This document shows, in pieces, positions 19,149-28,156 of a stretch of DNA of 64,000 nucleotides. Both the position numbers and the translations under genes were made by a program. Position 1 is the first letter of the stretch. Each line of letters starts with the position of its first letter. Under the pieces are notes generated by a model, which saw nothing but the letters and a program-made list of their open reading frames with translations, was not told the DNA's origin and searched no databases. Source of the stretch: Candidatus Altimarinota bacterium (GTDB lineage Bacteria > Patescibacteriota > Gracilibacteria > CAIRYL01); contig OZ252287.1 in assembly GCA_965250085.1 (NCBI GenBank), forward strand, positions 1,280,001-1,344,000. Reading direction: 5' to 3'.

Positions 19149-19165
19149 GGGCTAAAAGCGAATTG

Positions 19166-20710
19166 CTACTTCGCTGTTTCAATATTTCTCGTTTCTCTCA
19201 TTACCATTACTTTGATCTCTCCGGGAAACTGAATATCTGCTTCAAGTTTTCGGGCGATATCCCATGAAAGTTGCTTCGCCTGAAGATCGTCCATATCTTC
19301 TGGATTTACAAAGACGCGGACTTCGCGTCCAGCTTGTATCGCGTAGCATTTTTCTACTCCACCAAATGAGGTAGCAGTGTTTTCAATCGCTTGCATGCGC
19401 TGAATAAATTTTTCAGCAGTCTCACGGCGTGACCCTGGACGCGAAGCGGAAATGGCATCTGCGAGTTGAATAATGACCTTTTCTGTTGTATCAACTGGAA
19501 AATCTTCGTGATGGGCTTCTGCAGTAGTACATACAGCTTCATCTACACTAAATTTTCTCAAGATCTCTCCAGTTAATACGGCATGTTTTCCACCTATCTC
19601 TTGACTTACTGTTTTTCCGATGTCGTGCACGAGCCCTGCTGCTTTACAAACTGCAGCATCCGCTCCCAGCATATTGGCAAGTGATTCAGCAAGAAAGGCT
19701 ACTTCTATGGAATGCTTCAAAACATTTTGTCCATATGAAGTTCTAAATTTGAGCCTTCCCAATATTTTTACAACTTCTGGGGGGAGCATAACTCCGGTTT
19801 CTGTCACCGCTTGTTCTCCAAATTCTTTCACCATTTTGTCCACATCGGCGGTTACTTTTTCCACTGTCTCTTCAATGCGCGGAGGATTGATACGCCCATC
19901 TTCTACAAGTCGTTCCAATGAACGCTTGGCAATATATCGACGCATGAGATCATATCCAGCAAGAATCACAGTATTGGGTGTGTCATCAATAATAATGTCA
20001 CAGCCGGTCATGCGTTCGAGCATTTGAATATTGCGCCCCTCTTTCCCGATTACTCGCCCCTTGAGATCATCGCTGGGCAGTGCAACGGGCGTCACCGTGG
20101 CATCATTGGTAACATCTGTCACCATTCGCTGAATAGCACGAATAATAATTTCCTTTCCTCGTACATCTGCTTCTTCTTTGATGCGATCTTCTGACCGCTT
20201 CATTCGATTTATCATATCCTGTCCAGCTGTTTTTTCTATCTTCTCAAAGAGCATTTCTTTTGCTTCTTCTTTTTTCATGCCTGCAATTTTTTCAAGTTCT
20301 TTCTGCTCAGATTCTAATGTCTTCTGAAGATTTTCCTTCATCTTTACGAGTTCCTCCTTGTCTTTCTCCATTTGCTTCTGGTCTTTTGCTACTTCTTCGA
20401 GTTTTTTTGTAAATTCACCTTCTTTTTGTTCTGCACGAGCAGATTGTTTTTCTACTTCTTGTATTTTTTTTGCTGCCTCATCTTTTGCCTCAAGGACAAT
20501 GGAATGAGCTTTTTCCTTTGCCTGAAGGGCTATATCTTGAGACTTTTTTTCTATTTCGTGAATTTTCTGTTCCGCTTTGCGGATTTTCCGTTCATTTTCA
20601 GCTTCTATCTTGAGTGACTTTGCGCGAACATCCTCACTTTTAAAGAAGTATCCACTCCCGACTCCAACCCCAAGGGCGAGAAGAACGTAAAGAATAACGT
20701 CGAGTCCCAT
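19166..20710 (-). CDS. rny: ribonuclease Y
   Basis: N-terminal TM, coiled coil, KH domain (KGRVIGKEGRNI), RTSYGQNVLKHS, HD motif (LVHDIGK) and DAISASRPG. Confidence 0.97.
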   Translation of the reverse strand: MGLDVILYVLLALGVGVGSGYFFKSEDVRAKSLKIEAENERKIRKAEQKIHEIEKKSQDIALQAKEKAHSIVLEAKDEAAKKIQEVEKQSARAEQKEGEFTKKLEEVAKDQKQMEKDKEELVKMKENLQKTLESEQKELEKIAGMKKEEAKEMLFEKIEKTAGQDMINRMKRSEDRIKEEADVRGKEIIIRAIQRMVTDVTNDATVTPVALPSDDLKGRVIGKEGRNIQMLERMTGCDIIIDDTPNTVILAGYDLMRRYIAKRSLERLVEDGRINPPRIEETVEKVTADVDKMVKEFGEQAVTETGVMLPPEVVKILGRLKFRTSYGQNVLKHSIEVAFLAESLANMLGADAAVCKAAGLVHDIGKTVSQEIGGKHAVLTGEILRKFSVDEAVCTTAEAHHEDFPVDTTEKVIIQLADAISASRPGSRRETAEKFIQRMQAIENTATSFGGVEKCYAIQAGREVRVFVNPEDMDDLQAKQLSWDIARKLEADIQFPGEIKVMVMRETRNIETAK

Positions 20711-21190
20711 GATAATAAAAATAAAATAAAGAAAAGTCTGCAATGGAGACAATTTCTTTAAAGGATGATTTTCTTCCCTGAGACGCAAGCACTACCTCTT
20801 TTTCCTTATTGTAAGGCAAAAGCAAGGTTTATTGCCAAGTTTTGATGAGAGTATACTGTAAGATTTTGACTTTATATAACAGTGAATCCCTGGAAGAAAA
20901 GTGTGGAGAGAACTCAAAAATATATTCTGTATTCGATTTTAATATGCTTTCGTTCTTGAATAGTCTTTTGCGAGTATCTCCAGAAAAATCCTTTTCAGAA
21001 TGCAAGAAAGAATATTCAAAATAGAAAAAAACTTCTTGCACACATCGCTCCGACCAAAAGAATACAGAAAAACAAAAATTCCTGCAAGTTCGAGCACATA
21101 AAAGCCTTAAAGCCATGGAGAGAATTGGTTTTTTTATATTTTTCTTCTTTCAGAACTTTGGTACAATTCTCCCCGATTTTTTGCAAGTAA

Positions 21191-23962
21191 ATGCTTAAAT
21201 TTTTAAACAAAATATTGGGAGATCAAAATGAAAAAGAAGTTCAACGAATTCAAGAAAAAGTGGAACAAATCAACACAGCAGAAACAAAATTGCAAAGCTT
21301 TTCAGATGGTGAGCTCAAAGTAAAAACAGATGAATTTAAAAAACGAATCGAAAAAGGAGAGTCTCCTGACGATCTTCTGGTCGAAGCATTTGCCGTGGTC
21401 AAAAATGCCTGCCGACGTCTCATAGGACAAAAGTTCACTCTTGGAAAAGAGGAAGTGGAGTGGAACATGGTGCCATATGATGTGCAGCTCACAGGAGGAA
21501 TTGTGCTCCATGAAGGGAAGATAGCAGAGATGAAAACCGGTGAAGGAAAAACACTCGTAGCGGTTCTTGCGGTATATCTTAATGCTCTCAGCTCAAAAGG
21601 AGTACATGTTATTACTGTCAATGACTATCTCGCTAGCCGTGATGCTGAGTGGATGGGAAATGTCTACAACTTTCTGGGCCTTACTGTCGGCACTATTGTG
21701 CATGGACTTTCGAACGAAGAACGAAAGACCGCCTATGAATCAGATATTACCTACGGGACAAACAATGAATTTGGATTTGATTATCTGAGGAGTAATATGG
21801 CCACCAAAAAAGAGGACATTGTCCAAAGAGATCTGCACTATGCCATTGTGGATGAAGTGGATTCTATCCTGATTGATGAATCTCGTACTCCCTTGATTAT
21901 TTCAGCTCCTGCGGAAGAGAGTACTGCCAAATATCAACAATATTCTCTGATGGTTGAGAATCTCAAAGAGGATAAACATTATAATATTGATGAAAAACGA
22001 AAGACCGCCATTCTTACGGAGGAAGGAGTCCATAAGATGGAACAACTTTTAAAGATTGACAACATCTACACCGAAAAGGGATTTTTGGAGGTCCATCACA
22101 TAGAGCAGGCGCTCAGAGCTCAGACTGTTTATAAAAAAGATGTGGACTATATGGTCAAAGATGGAGAAGTGATTATTGTGGATGAATTCACTGGACGTCT
22201 GATGCCAGGACGACGATATTCTGAAGGACTCCATCAGGCAATTGAAGCCAAAGAAAGCGTAGAAGTCAAACGTCAGTCCAGAACACTGGCAACAGTAACG
22301 TTTCAAAATTATTTTCGTCTTTACGACAAACTCTCTGGCATGACAGGTACCGCTCTGACGGAAGCAGAAGAATTTGCAAAAACATATGAACTGGATGTAA
22401 TTGCTATCCCCACCAACCAACCAGTGGTCAGAGAAGATAAGCCAGATTTTGTGTATAAAAATGAAAGAGGAAAATATGAAGCGATTGCCAAAGGAGTACA
22501 AGAAAAATACCAGAAAGGACAACCAGTCCTTCTGGGTACTATTTCGATTGAAAAATCAGAAGTACTTTCTCAGATTCTCAAAAGAAATAAAATACCCCAT
22601 GAAGTCCTCAACGCCAAGCATCATGAAAAAGAAGCTGCGATTATTTCTGCAGCAGGTCAAAAAGGAGCTGTAACCATTGCGACCAACATGGCCGGTCGTG
22701 GTACGGATATTAAATTGGGAGAAGGAGTGAAGAATCTGGGCGGACTTGCCATTATCGGCTCTGAACGTCACGAATCCAGACGGATTGATAATCAACTTCG
22801 GGGGAGAGCTGGACGACAAGGAGATCCTGGAGAAACCCAGTTTTTTGTTTCCCTTGAAGATTCTCTCATGCGGCTGTTTGGAAGTGAAAAACTGCAAAAA
22901 ATGATGGAATGGGCCAAAATTCCTGATGATATGCCCATTGAAAATCGTATGATTTCCGGAGCGATTGAAAGTGCTCAAAAAAAGGTAGAAGGGCACCATT
23001 TTGATATTCGAAAGCATCTGCTGGAGTACGATGACGTAATGAATAAACATCGAGAGATTATTTATGCACGTAGGAGAAACGTACTCTTTCACGAAGATTT
23101 GAGTGAAGAGATACAGAGCATGCTGGAAGAAGAAGTGCAAATAACAGTGTTGAACAATACCCTGGGCAAACCACATGAATGGAATTTACAAGAGATAGAA
23201 GAAACTATTTTTGCTGTCTATCATGATGAGAGTGCCCAACTCAAAGTTGCTGACCTGGAAAAATTTGGAGATCCAGAAGAAGTAGTAGCAGCAGTGCTCA
23301 CCTTTCTCAAAACATCATATACAAAGAGAGAAAAATCGCTCCCAGATCCGAAAATGATGCGAGAACTGGAAAAAGCAGTATATCTTCGCACAATTGATAC
23401 TCTTTGGATGGAGCACATTGATGCCATGACATACCTGCGGCAAAACGTATCTTTACGTGCATATGGACAGCGTGACCCGCTCATGGAGTACAAAGATGAA
23501 TCGTATCGCATGTTGGAAACGCTCCTGGCAAAGATTCGATCAGGAACGATCCAGACACTTTTTAAGGTGCAGCTTGAAGTCCAGGAGCAGCCAAAAGTAG
23601 TTCAGGTTATGCCAAAGGTGATCACAACAAATGAAGAAGAAATCGAAGAGAATATTACTGAAGAATTTGGAACTGAGAGCCAAGAGAAAGAGAGCAAGCC
23701 CGAACCCGTTTCCGTAGAAACATCAAAAGAACCACGGAAGAAGGAATCTGTAGAAAAAACTGATTCTTCAGACGCGAAAATCACAGTTATTAAATCAGAT
23801 GCTTCACTCCCACAAGAAAATCTGCAATATTCAGGAGGAGGAGAAACTCAAACGATAAAAGCCGGAGGTACTATACGAAATATAGGCAAAGTCGGTCGCA
23901 ATGAGCCATGTTCATGCGGAAGCGGAAAGAAGTATAAAAAGTGTCACGGAAAATCAGTATAA
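21191..23962 (+). CDS. secA: preprotein translocase subunit SecA
   Basis: AEMKTGEGKT, DEVDSILIDE, ATNMAGRGTDI, and C-terminal SEC-C motif GRNEPCSCGSGKKYKKCHG. Confidence 0.99.
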   Translation: MLKFLNKILGDQNEKEVQRIQEKVEQINTAETKLQSFSDGELKVKTDEFKKRIEKGESPDDLLVEAFAVVKNACRRLIGQKFTLGKEEVEWNMVPYDVQLTGGIVLHEGKIAEMKTGEGKTLVAVLAVYLNALSSKGVHVITVNDYLASRDAEWMGNVYNFLGLTVGTIVHGLSNEERKTAYESDITYGTNNEFGFDYLRSNMATKKEDIVQRDLHYAIVDEVDSILIDESRTPLIISAPAEESTAKYQQYSLMVENLKEDKHYNIDEKRKTAILTEEGVHKMEQLLKIDNIYTEKGFLEVHHIEQALRAQTVYKKDVDYMVKDGEVIIVDEFTGRLMPGRRYSEGLHQAIEAKESVEVKRQSRTLATVTFQNYFRLYDKLSGMTGTALTEAEEFAKTYELDVIAIPTNQPVVREDKPDFVYKNERGKYEAIAKGVQEKYQKGQPVLLGTISIEKSEVLSQILKRNKIPHEVLNAKHHEKEAAIISAAGQKGAVTIATNMAGRGTDIKLGEGVKNLGGLAIIGSERHESRRIDNQLRGRAGRQGDPGETQFFVSLEDSLMRLFGSEKLQKMMEWAKIPDDMPIENRMISGAIESAQKKVEGHHFDIRKHLLEYDDVMNKHREIIYARRRNVLFHEDLSEEIQSMLEEEVQITVLNNTLGKPHEWNLQEIEETIFAVYHDESAQLKVADLEKFGDPEEVVAAVLTFLKTSYTKREKSLPDPKMMRELEKAVYLRTIDTLWMEHIDAMTYLRQNVSLRAYGQRDPLMEYKDESYRMLETLLAKIRSGTIQTLFKVQLEVQEQPKVVQVMPKVITTNEEEIEENITEEFGTESQEKESKPEPVSVETSKEPRKKESVEKTDSSDAKITVIKSDASLPQENLQYSGGGETQTIKAGGTIRNIGKVGRNEPCSCGSGKKYKKCHGKSV

Positions 23963-24032
23963 TCATTCCACTAGCTCTTGCCCTGAGCTTTCCGAAGGGT
24001 GGAATAAACTAAATCTCTTTTTTTATAACAAT

Positions 24033-24290
24033 ATGAAAAAACGATCTATTGCAAAAACACTTGGACGGGGACTGGCGTATTTTCAAGACACGGCTGATCG
24101 AATTGTGACTTTTGGGTTTAAAAAGCTCAAAAGTGCTGGAAATAAGAAGACAAAAAAGAACGCTCATCCAGTACAAAAAGGAGCAAAAAAAACAGTTTCA
24201 TTTATTGGAGAAGTAGGAACTGAGTTTTATGAGACGTATGAAGAGATTAAGAAAGAGCGTGGGGCGAAGAGAAAGGAAAAGAAGAAATAA
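24033..24290 (+). CDS. small basic hypothetical protein
   Basis: MKKRSIAK..., 85 aa. Start placed after the secA stop and the REP element. Confidence 0.65.
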   Translation: MKKRSIAKTLGRGLAYFQDTADRIVTFGFKKLKSAGNKKTKKNAHPVQKGAKKTVSFIGEVGTEFYETYEEIKKERGAKRKEKKK

Positions 24291-24298
24291 TAAATTTT

Positions 24299-25008
24299 GG
24301 CTCTAGAGTAGGAGATTTTAAAAATCTCTGATAATTTTGGACATTATAACAAAAATATCTTGATCTTTATAGTTCCATCGCCACTCACATTCTTTGAGGT
24401 GAAAGTTAAACTTGTGAGAAGCAATTCCGTTAAACTTAGAGAGTCTTCTTTTCGCAAAAGACCAAAAGGATTCAATACCATTTACATGACATTTTCCTCG
24501 TGCAAATTCATTTTCTGAGTGATGAATACGATAGTGATCATATCCATTGAGAATGAGTCCATCATAAGCTCTCCATCCATCAGTATGAATAGTTGATCCT
24601 TCTAGTATTTTTCCTTGAATAATAGGTAGGAGCTCTTTTCTGGAGCAATCTTTTACAATAGAAACAAATACCCTTCCTTCTCTTTGAAGGATTCCAAAGA
24701 CAGGAGTCTTTCCTGCGGCTCCTCTTCCTCTCTTTCCTCTCATTCTCTTTGCTCCAAAGTAACTTTCATCAAGTTCAAATTCTCCAAAACTCTTTGACTG
24801 TGCTAAAGAGAACTTTGCAATCTTTTCTCTAAAAATATTAAAATATCGATCAACCGTTCTCCGATTGAGATCTAGAATATTTGCTGTTTTTGATGCATTG
24901 AGATCTTCACAAAAACACTTCAATATTTTTTTGATCTTATAATTCGATATTTTACTGTGTTTAAGCATGTTAAGAGAATAATTGAAGTAATTATTCTACT
25001 CAAGAGCC
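24299..25008 (-). mobile_element. IS1595-family insertion sequence, copy 1 (710 bp)
   Basis: Terminal IRs GGCTCTAGAGTAG / CTACTCAAGAGCC. 8-bp TSD TAAATTTT at 24291-24298 and 25009-25016. Confidence 0.95.
24318..24968 (-). CDS. IS1595-family DDE transposase
   Basis: FELDESYFG, RGRGAAGKTPVFG, IHTDGWRAY, HVNGIESFWS and HLKECEWRWN. Confidence 0.96.
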   Translation of the reverse strand: MLKHSKISNYKIKKILKCFCEDLNASKTANILDLNRRTVDRYFNIFREKIAKFSLAQSKSFGEFELDESYFGAKRMRGKRGRGAAGKTPVFGILQREGRVFVSIVKDCSRKELLPIIQGKILEGSTIHTDGWRAYDGLILNGYDHYRIHHSENEFARGKCHVNGIESFWSFAKRRLSKFNGIASHKFNFHLKECEWRWNYKDQDIFVIMSKIIRDF

Positions 25009-25055
25009 TAAATTTTTTTAACAAAGAAATAGTAGGAACAACCCTACTGTCAGGG

Positions 25056-25084
25056 TTGACAAAAAATAATATATTTTGTAGTAT
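25056..25084 (+). promoter_or_regulatory. sigma70-like promoter
   Basis: TTGACA (25056-61), 17-bp spacer, TAGTAT (25079-84). Confidence 0.65.
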
Positions 25085-25089
25085 GATAC

Positions 25090-25210
25090 CCCGTTGGTTA
25101 GTCTTCTGGACTGAAACCCTTGTAATTCAGAACGTCCAAGTCAAAAAAACTTGGACAAATGGAATATCGTCAAACGTATAACAACCAGCTTCGAAGGAGA
25201 CTTTTTGTTT
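25090..25210 (+). ncRNA. candidate structured small RNA of unknown family
   Basis: Lies downstream of the promoter. Has the hairpin GUCCAAGU/ACUUGGAC, end pairings AGUCUUCU/AGGAGACU and GUUGGUU/AACCAGC, and a terminal U-tract. Confidence 0.35.
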
Positions 25211-25232
25211 TGAAAACACTGGTTTCCGCATG

Positions 25233-25317
25233 GAATCTCCCCTAACCCCTCTTTATCAAAGAGGAGAAGAAGAAATTATTTTTCCTCCCTTTCTAAAAGG
25301 GAGGCTAGGAGGGATTT
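25233..25317. repeat. double-hairpin palindromic repeat (AATCTCCCC...GGGATTT family)
   Basis: CTCTTT..AAAGAG and CCTCCCTTT..AAAGGGAGG hairpins. Related to 26611, 28018, 40685 and 46895. Confidence 0.8.
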
Positions 25318-25318
25318 T

Positions 25319-27712
25319 TTAATATCCCTTATTCTCAATCAGTTTCTCCAATACTTCTCTTGGGAACATTGGTTTCTTTTCTGCAAGTCCTTGGTGAAAG
25401 AGGACCGTCGACGGAGTGAGTGCGGGGAGCGTATTGGCTTCGATCACAATAATATTTCCAGTATCTATTTGAAGAAAAGCATCAATACGGGCGTAGCCAC
25501 GAATACCCAGTTTTTTAGCGACGAGTTCAATAGATTGTTTTGCTCTTTTTAGAACCTTTGGTTTCACGATTTCCGGAGGTGGGGGAGTAATATTGATTCC
25601 AGTGCCACCTTGGAATTTTTCTTCAACACTGAGCACCTCACCTTCGGCGACGGTAACACTGGGATTCAGTGCGCGCATCTTTTCTTTTTCTTCGAGAACT
25701 CCTGTAGTGATCTCTATCCATCCTGTTTTTTTACGAAAACTGATCCTTTTGCCCCACATACGGAGTGAATCCGTAACGACAAATGCTTCAAACATCAGAT
25801 TTTTAATTTCCCCCAAGGGCATCTCAATGGGAGTTGCTTGATGCAAAAATGTTTCCGGAGGGATACTGGGCATATTTTTTTTTGCAATGAATATATATTT
25901 CTCAAGATCATCTGGTGAAAAAAGTCGCACAATGCCAGATGAACATCCTTCATCTTGAGGCTTCACAATAACCGTCTTCGTCTCAAAATCTGTTGTCATA
26001 TGATCCCAGAACCTCCGTATTGCATCCTTTTTCATCCTTCCTAATAGTTGCAACTTCATTACCTGTTTCGGAGCGGTGAAAATGCCTTGTTTTTTGAGGC
26101 CACTCAATTTCTTCCCTGTTGCAAATTTGTCCATACAAAGTTTAGATGCTTTTGCATCAGATCCGTTGTATTTTATTTTTTTCTGAGAAAGCATTTTTTG
26201 CAATGTCCCATTTTCCCCAATACCACCATGAAGCCCCAAAAAGAGGAACTTTGGTTTTCTATTCAAAAACTTCCGAAGAGATATTTTTTGCGGAACAAAA
26301 AATGGTTCTGACGATTGCCCTTCTTCAAGGGCAAGACGGAGCCGCACTTTTTCTACCAGAAAATGAAGCCGGCTTTCATTCTCTCGTGCAGTGTGACAAT
26401 TCTCTTCTATTTCTTCCACTGTGTGATTGAGCGTAAAAGCATAGGGGAGATGCCATACGTTATGGTTCAGATCAAGAAGATATGGCTCGGGATGATATGC
26501 ACTTGATTCTCGAAGCTTGAGCCATACATTTGTTCCGCTCATAAGAGAAACTTGTCGCTCTGAAGTCTTTCCGCCAAAGAGGACGGGAATTGGCTTTTTA
26601 TTCTTTTTTACCCCCTCTAACTCCCCCTGAAAGGGGGAGGATATGTTGTATCTCCGACATGCATTTCTGACGACAAACTTCAGGAGATCTCGATGACTCA
26701 TGCCAATACGTGCCGATTGCTGAAAGAGAAAGCTGTTTTGTTCCATACCACTGACGGGATTGAAATCCGGAAACCAAATATTTCCATCCTTCATGAGCCA
26801 TCCGTCGAAACGTGCAAAGTCCCGCATTCCCAAAATTGTAAAAAGTTGCTCAGCCTGTACTTGAATCCGTTCTACTATTTCATTTGAAAATCGTGGAGGG
26901 CAATGATATTTCACATGATTTGTCGGCAGATATTTCTTCCGATAGTCAAGGATATGATGTTTTTCTTTGAGTTCTTTTTGTTTTTGAAACATTTCTATTT
27001 CCGTGGGCAATATAGCCACTGGCATTCCAAATCTGTTTTGCAGGATGATCACTGTAAATTCTGTTCCTTCACAGAAAGGCTCTATTACAACTCTGGTATC
27101 AATGCGCTTGGAAAATAAATAATCTACTTTCTCAAGTGCTTCTTGTACACTTGTTACGGCAAACACTCCTATACTTGAGCCACCGGAAGCAGGCTTAATA
27201 ATTGCTTTTTTTAGATGATGATTTTTAAAAAACTTCGTAAGTATTTTTTTATGATCTTTATGATATATTTTCAAAACCTCTGAAGGAAGTGTGTAGAATC
27301 CCTGATCTCGAATATATTCATTAGCAATGTATTTATCAAAAGCACGCTTACATGATGCAGCATTGGATCCGATGTATGGAATACGATGGCGTTCCAAAAA
27401 TCTTTGGAGTTCTCCATCTTCTCCAAATGGTCCATGAATAACGGGAAAGGTAATGTCCGTAGACCTTAGGAGTTCCACAAGTTGTCTCTGAGACAACGGC
27501 TTCGCTGTCTGGCTGAGTTTAAAGTCAAAATCAGAGGGTGTATTGGAATACAGTGCAGAAGGAGAGATATGATATGACCTTTTTTTCTGATCAAAATACA
27601 CGGGAATAATTTCAACTCCATCTCCTTTGAGGTGATCAAGTACTGATCGTGCAGAATTGAGAGAGATGCCACGCTCGAGGGATGGGCCACCAGAGAGGAG
27701 TGCTATGCGCAT
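25319..27712 (-). CDS. ddl: D-alanine--D-alanine ligase, tandem two-module (plant-like) form
   Basis: Module 1: GGPSLERGISLNSARS, HGPFGEDG, KPASGGSSIG. Module 2: GGKTSERQVSLMSG, LHGGIGENG, KPQDEGCSSG, IEANTLP. Confidence 0.9.
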   Translation of the reverse strand: MRIALLSGGPSLERGISLNSARSVLDHLKGDGVEIIPVYFDQKKRSYHISPSALYSNTPSDFDFKLSQTAKPLSQRQLVELLRSTDITFPVIHGPFGEDGELQRFLERHRIPYIGSNAASCKRAFDKYIANEYIRDQGFYTLPSEVLKIYHKDHKKILTKFFKNHHLKKAIIKPASGGSSIGVFAVTSVQEALEKVDYLFSKRIDTRVVIEPFCEGTEFTVIILQNRFGMPVAILPTEIEMFQKQKELKEKHHILDYRKKYLPTNHVKYHCPPRFSNEIVERIQVQAEQLFTILGMRDFARFDGWLMKDGNIWFPDFNPVSGMEQNSFLFQQSARIGMSHRDLLKFVVRNACRRYNISSPFQGELEGVKKNKKPIPVLFGGKTSERQVSLMSGTNVWLKLRESSAYHPEPYLLDLNHNVWHLPYAFTLNHTVEEIEENCHTARENESRLHFLVEKVRLRLALEEGQSSEPFFVPQKISLRKFLNRKPKFLFLGLHGGIGENGTLQKMLSQKKIKYNGSDAKASKLCMDKFATGKKLSGLKKQGIFTAPKQVMKLQLLGRMKKDAIRRFWDHMTTDFETKTVIVKPQDEGCSSGIVRLFSPDDLEKYIFIAKKNMPSIPPETFLHQATPIEMPLGEIKNLMFEAFVVTDSLRMWGKRISFRKKTGWIEITTGVLEEKEKMRALNPSVTVAEGEVLSVEEKFQGGTGINITPPPPEIVKPKVLKRAKQSIELVAKKLGIRGYARIDAFLQIDTGNIIVIEANTLPALTPSTVLFHQGLAEKKPMFPREVLEKLIENKGY

Positions 27713-28017
27713 AAAAATTAAGTAATAAGTGGCAAGTAAACAAGTAGGAATTACGAATGAAGCCTGTCCGCCTTTTTTCGGCATGGTCTGTGGCGGAAAT
27801 TACGGATAAAAAAATAAAATGGATTTTAAATTGCTAACGGCTACAGGCTAAGAGCTAACAGCTCTTAAATCAATATTTTTGCAAAGAGTTTGTATGCTCA
27901 AAATATCGTTTCTATTAAACTATAGAAGGATATCCTTCGCAAGAAAAATGTACGTTTTTTAGATTTTTTGCAAAAATTTATTTTTTATAAAAAAATACAC
28001 AACTCTGTCTTTTTCTC

Positions 28018-28142
28018 AAAATCCCCCTCAATCCCCCTTTTGCAAAGGGGGAGGAAAACTCTACAAATTTCCCTTCTTGCAAAGGAAGAAGAAATCTCTA
28101 TGAGAATCCCCCTCTTTTAAAAAGAGGGGACAGGGGAGATTT
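28018..28142. repeat. multi-hairpin palindromic repeat, same family as 25233
   Basis: AAATCCCCCTCAATCCCCCTTTTGCAAAGGGGG ... CCCCCTCTTTTAAAAAGAGGGGGACAGGGGAGATTT. Confidence 0.8.
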
Positions 28143-28156
28143 GTTATATAGACAAA

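Noticed and set aside
20711-21190. 6S RNA upstream of rny, or ORFs 20829..21116 and neighbours
   Set aside because: No convincing long hairpin. The ORFs are short, mutually overlapping and lack motifs.
23580-23880. Foreign insertion in the secA C-terminal region
   Set aside because: Long acidic linkers before SEC-C vary naturally, and no repeat element was recognised in it.
24957-25181. 74-aa ORF reading out of IS1595, and the same N-terminus at 58113
   Set aside because: It starts inside the IS on the antisense strand and is an artefact of the IS end.
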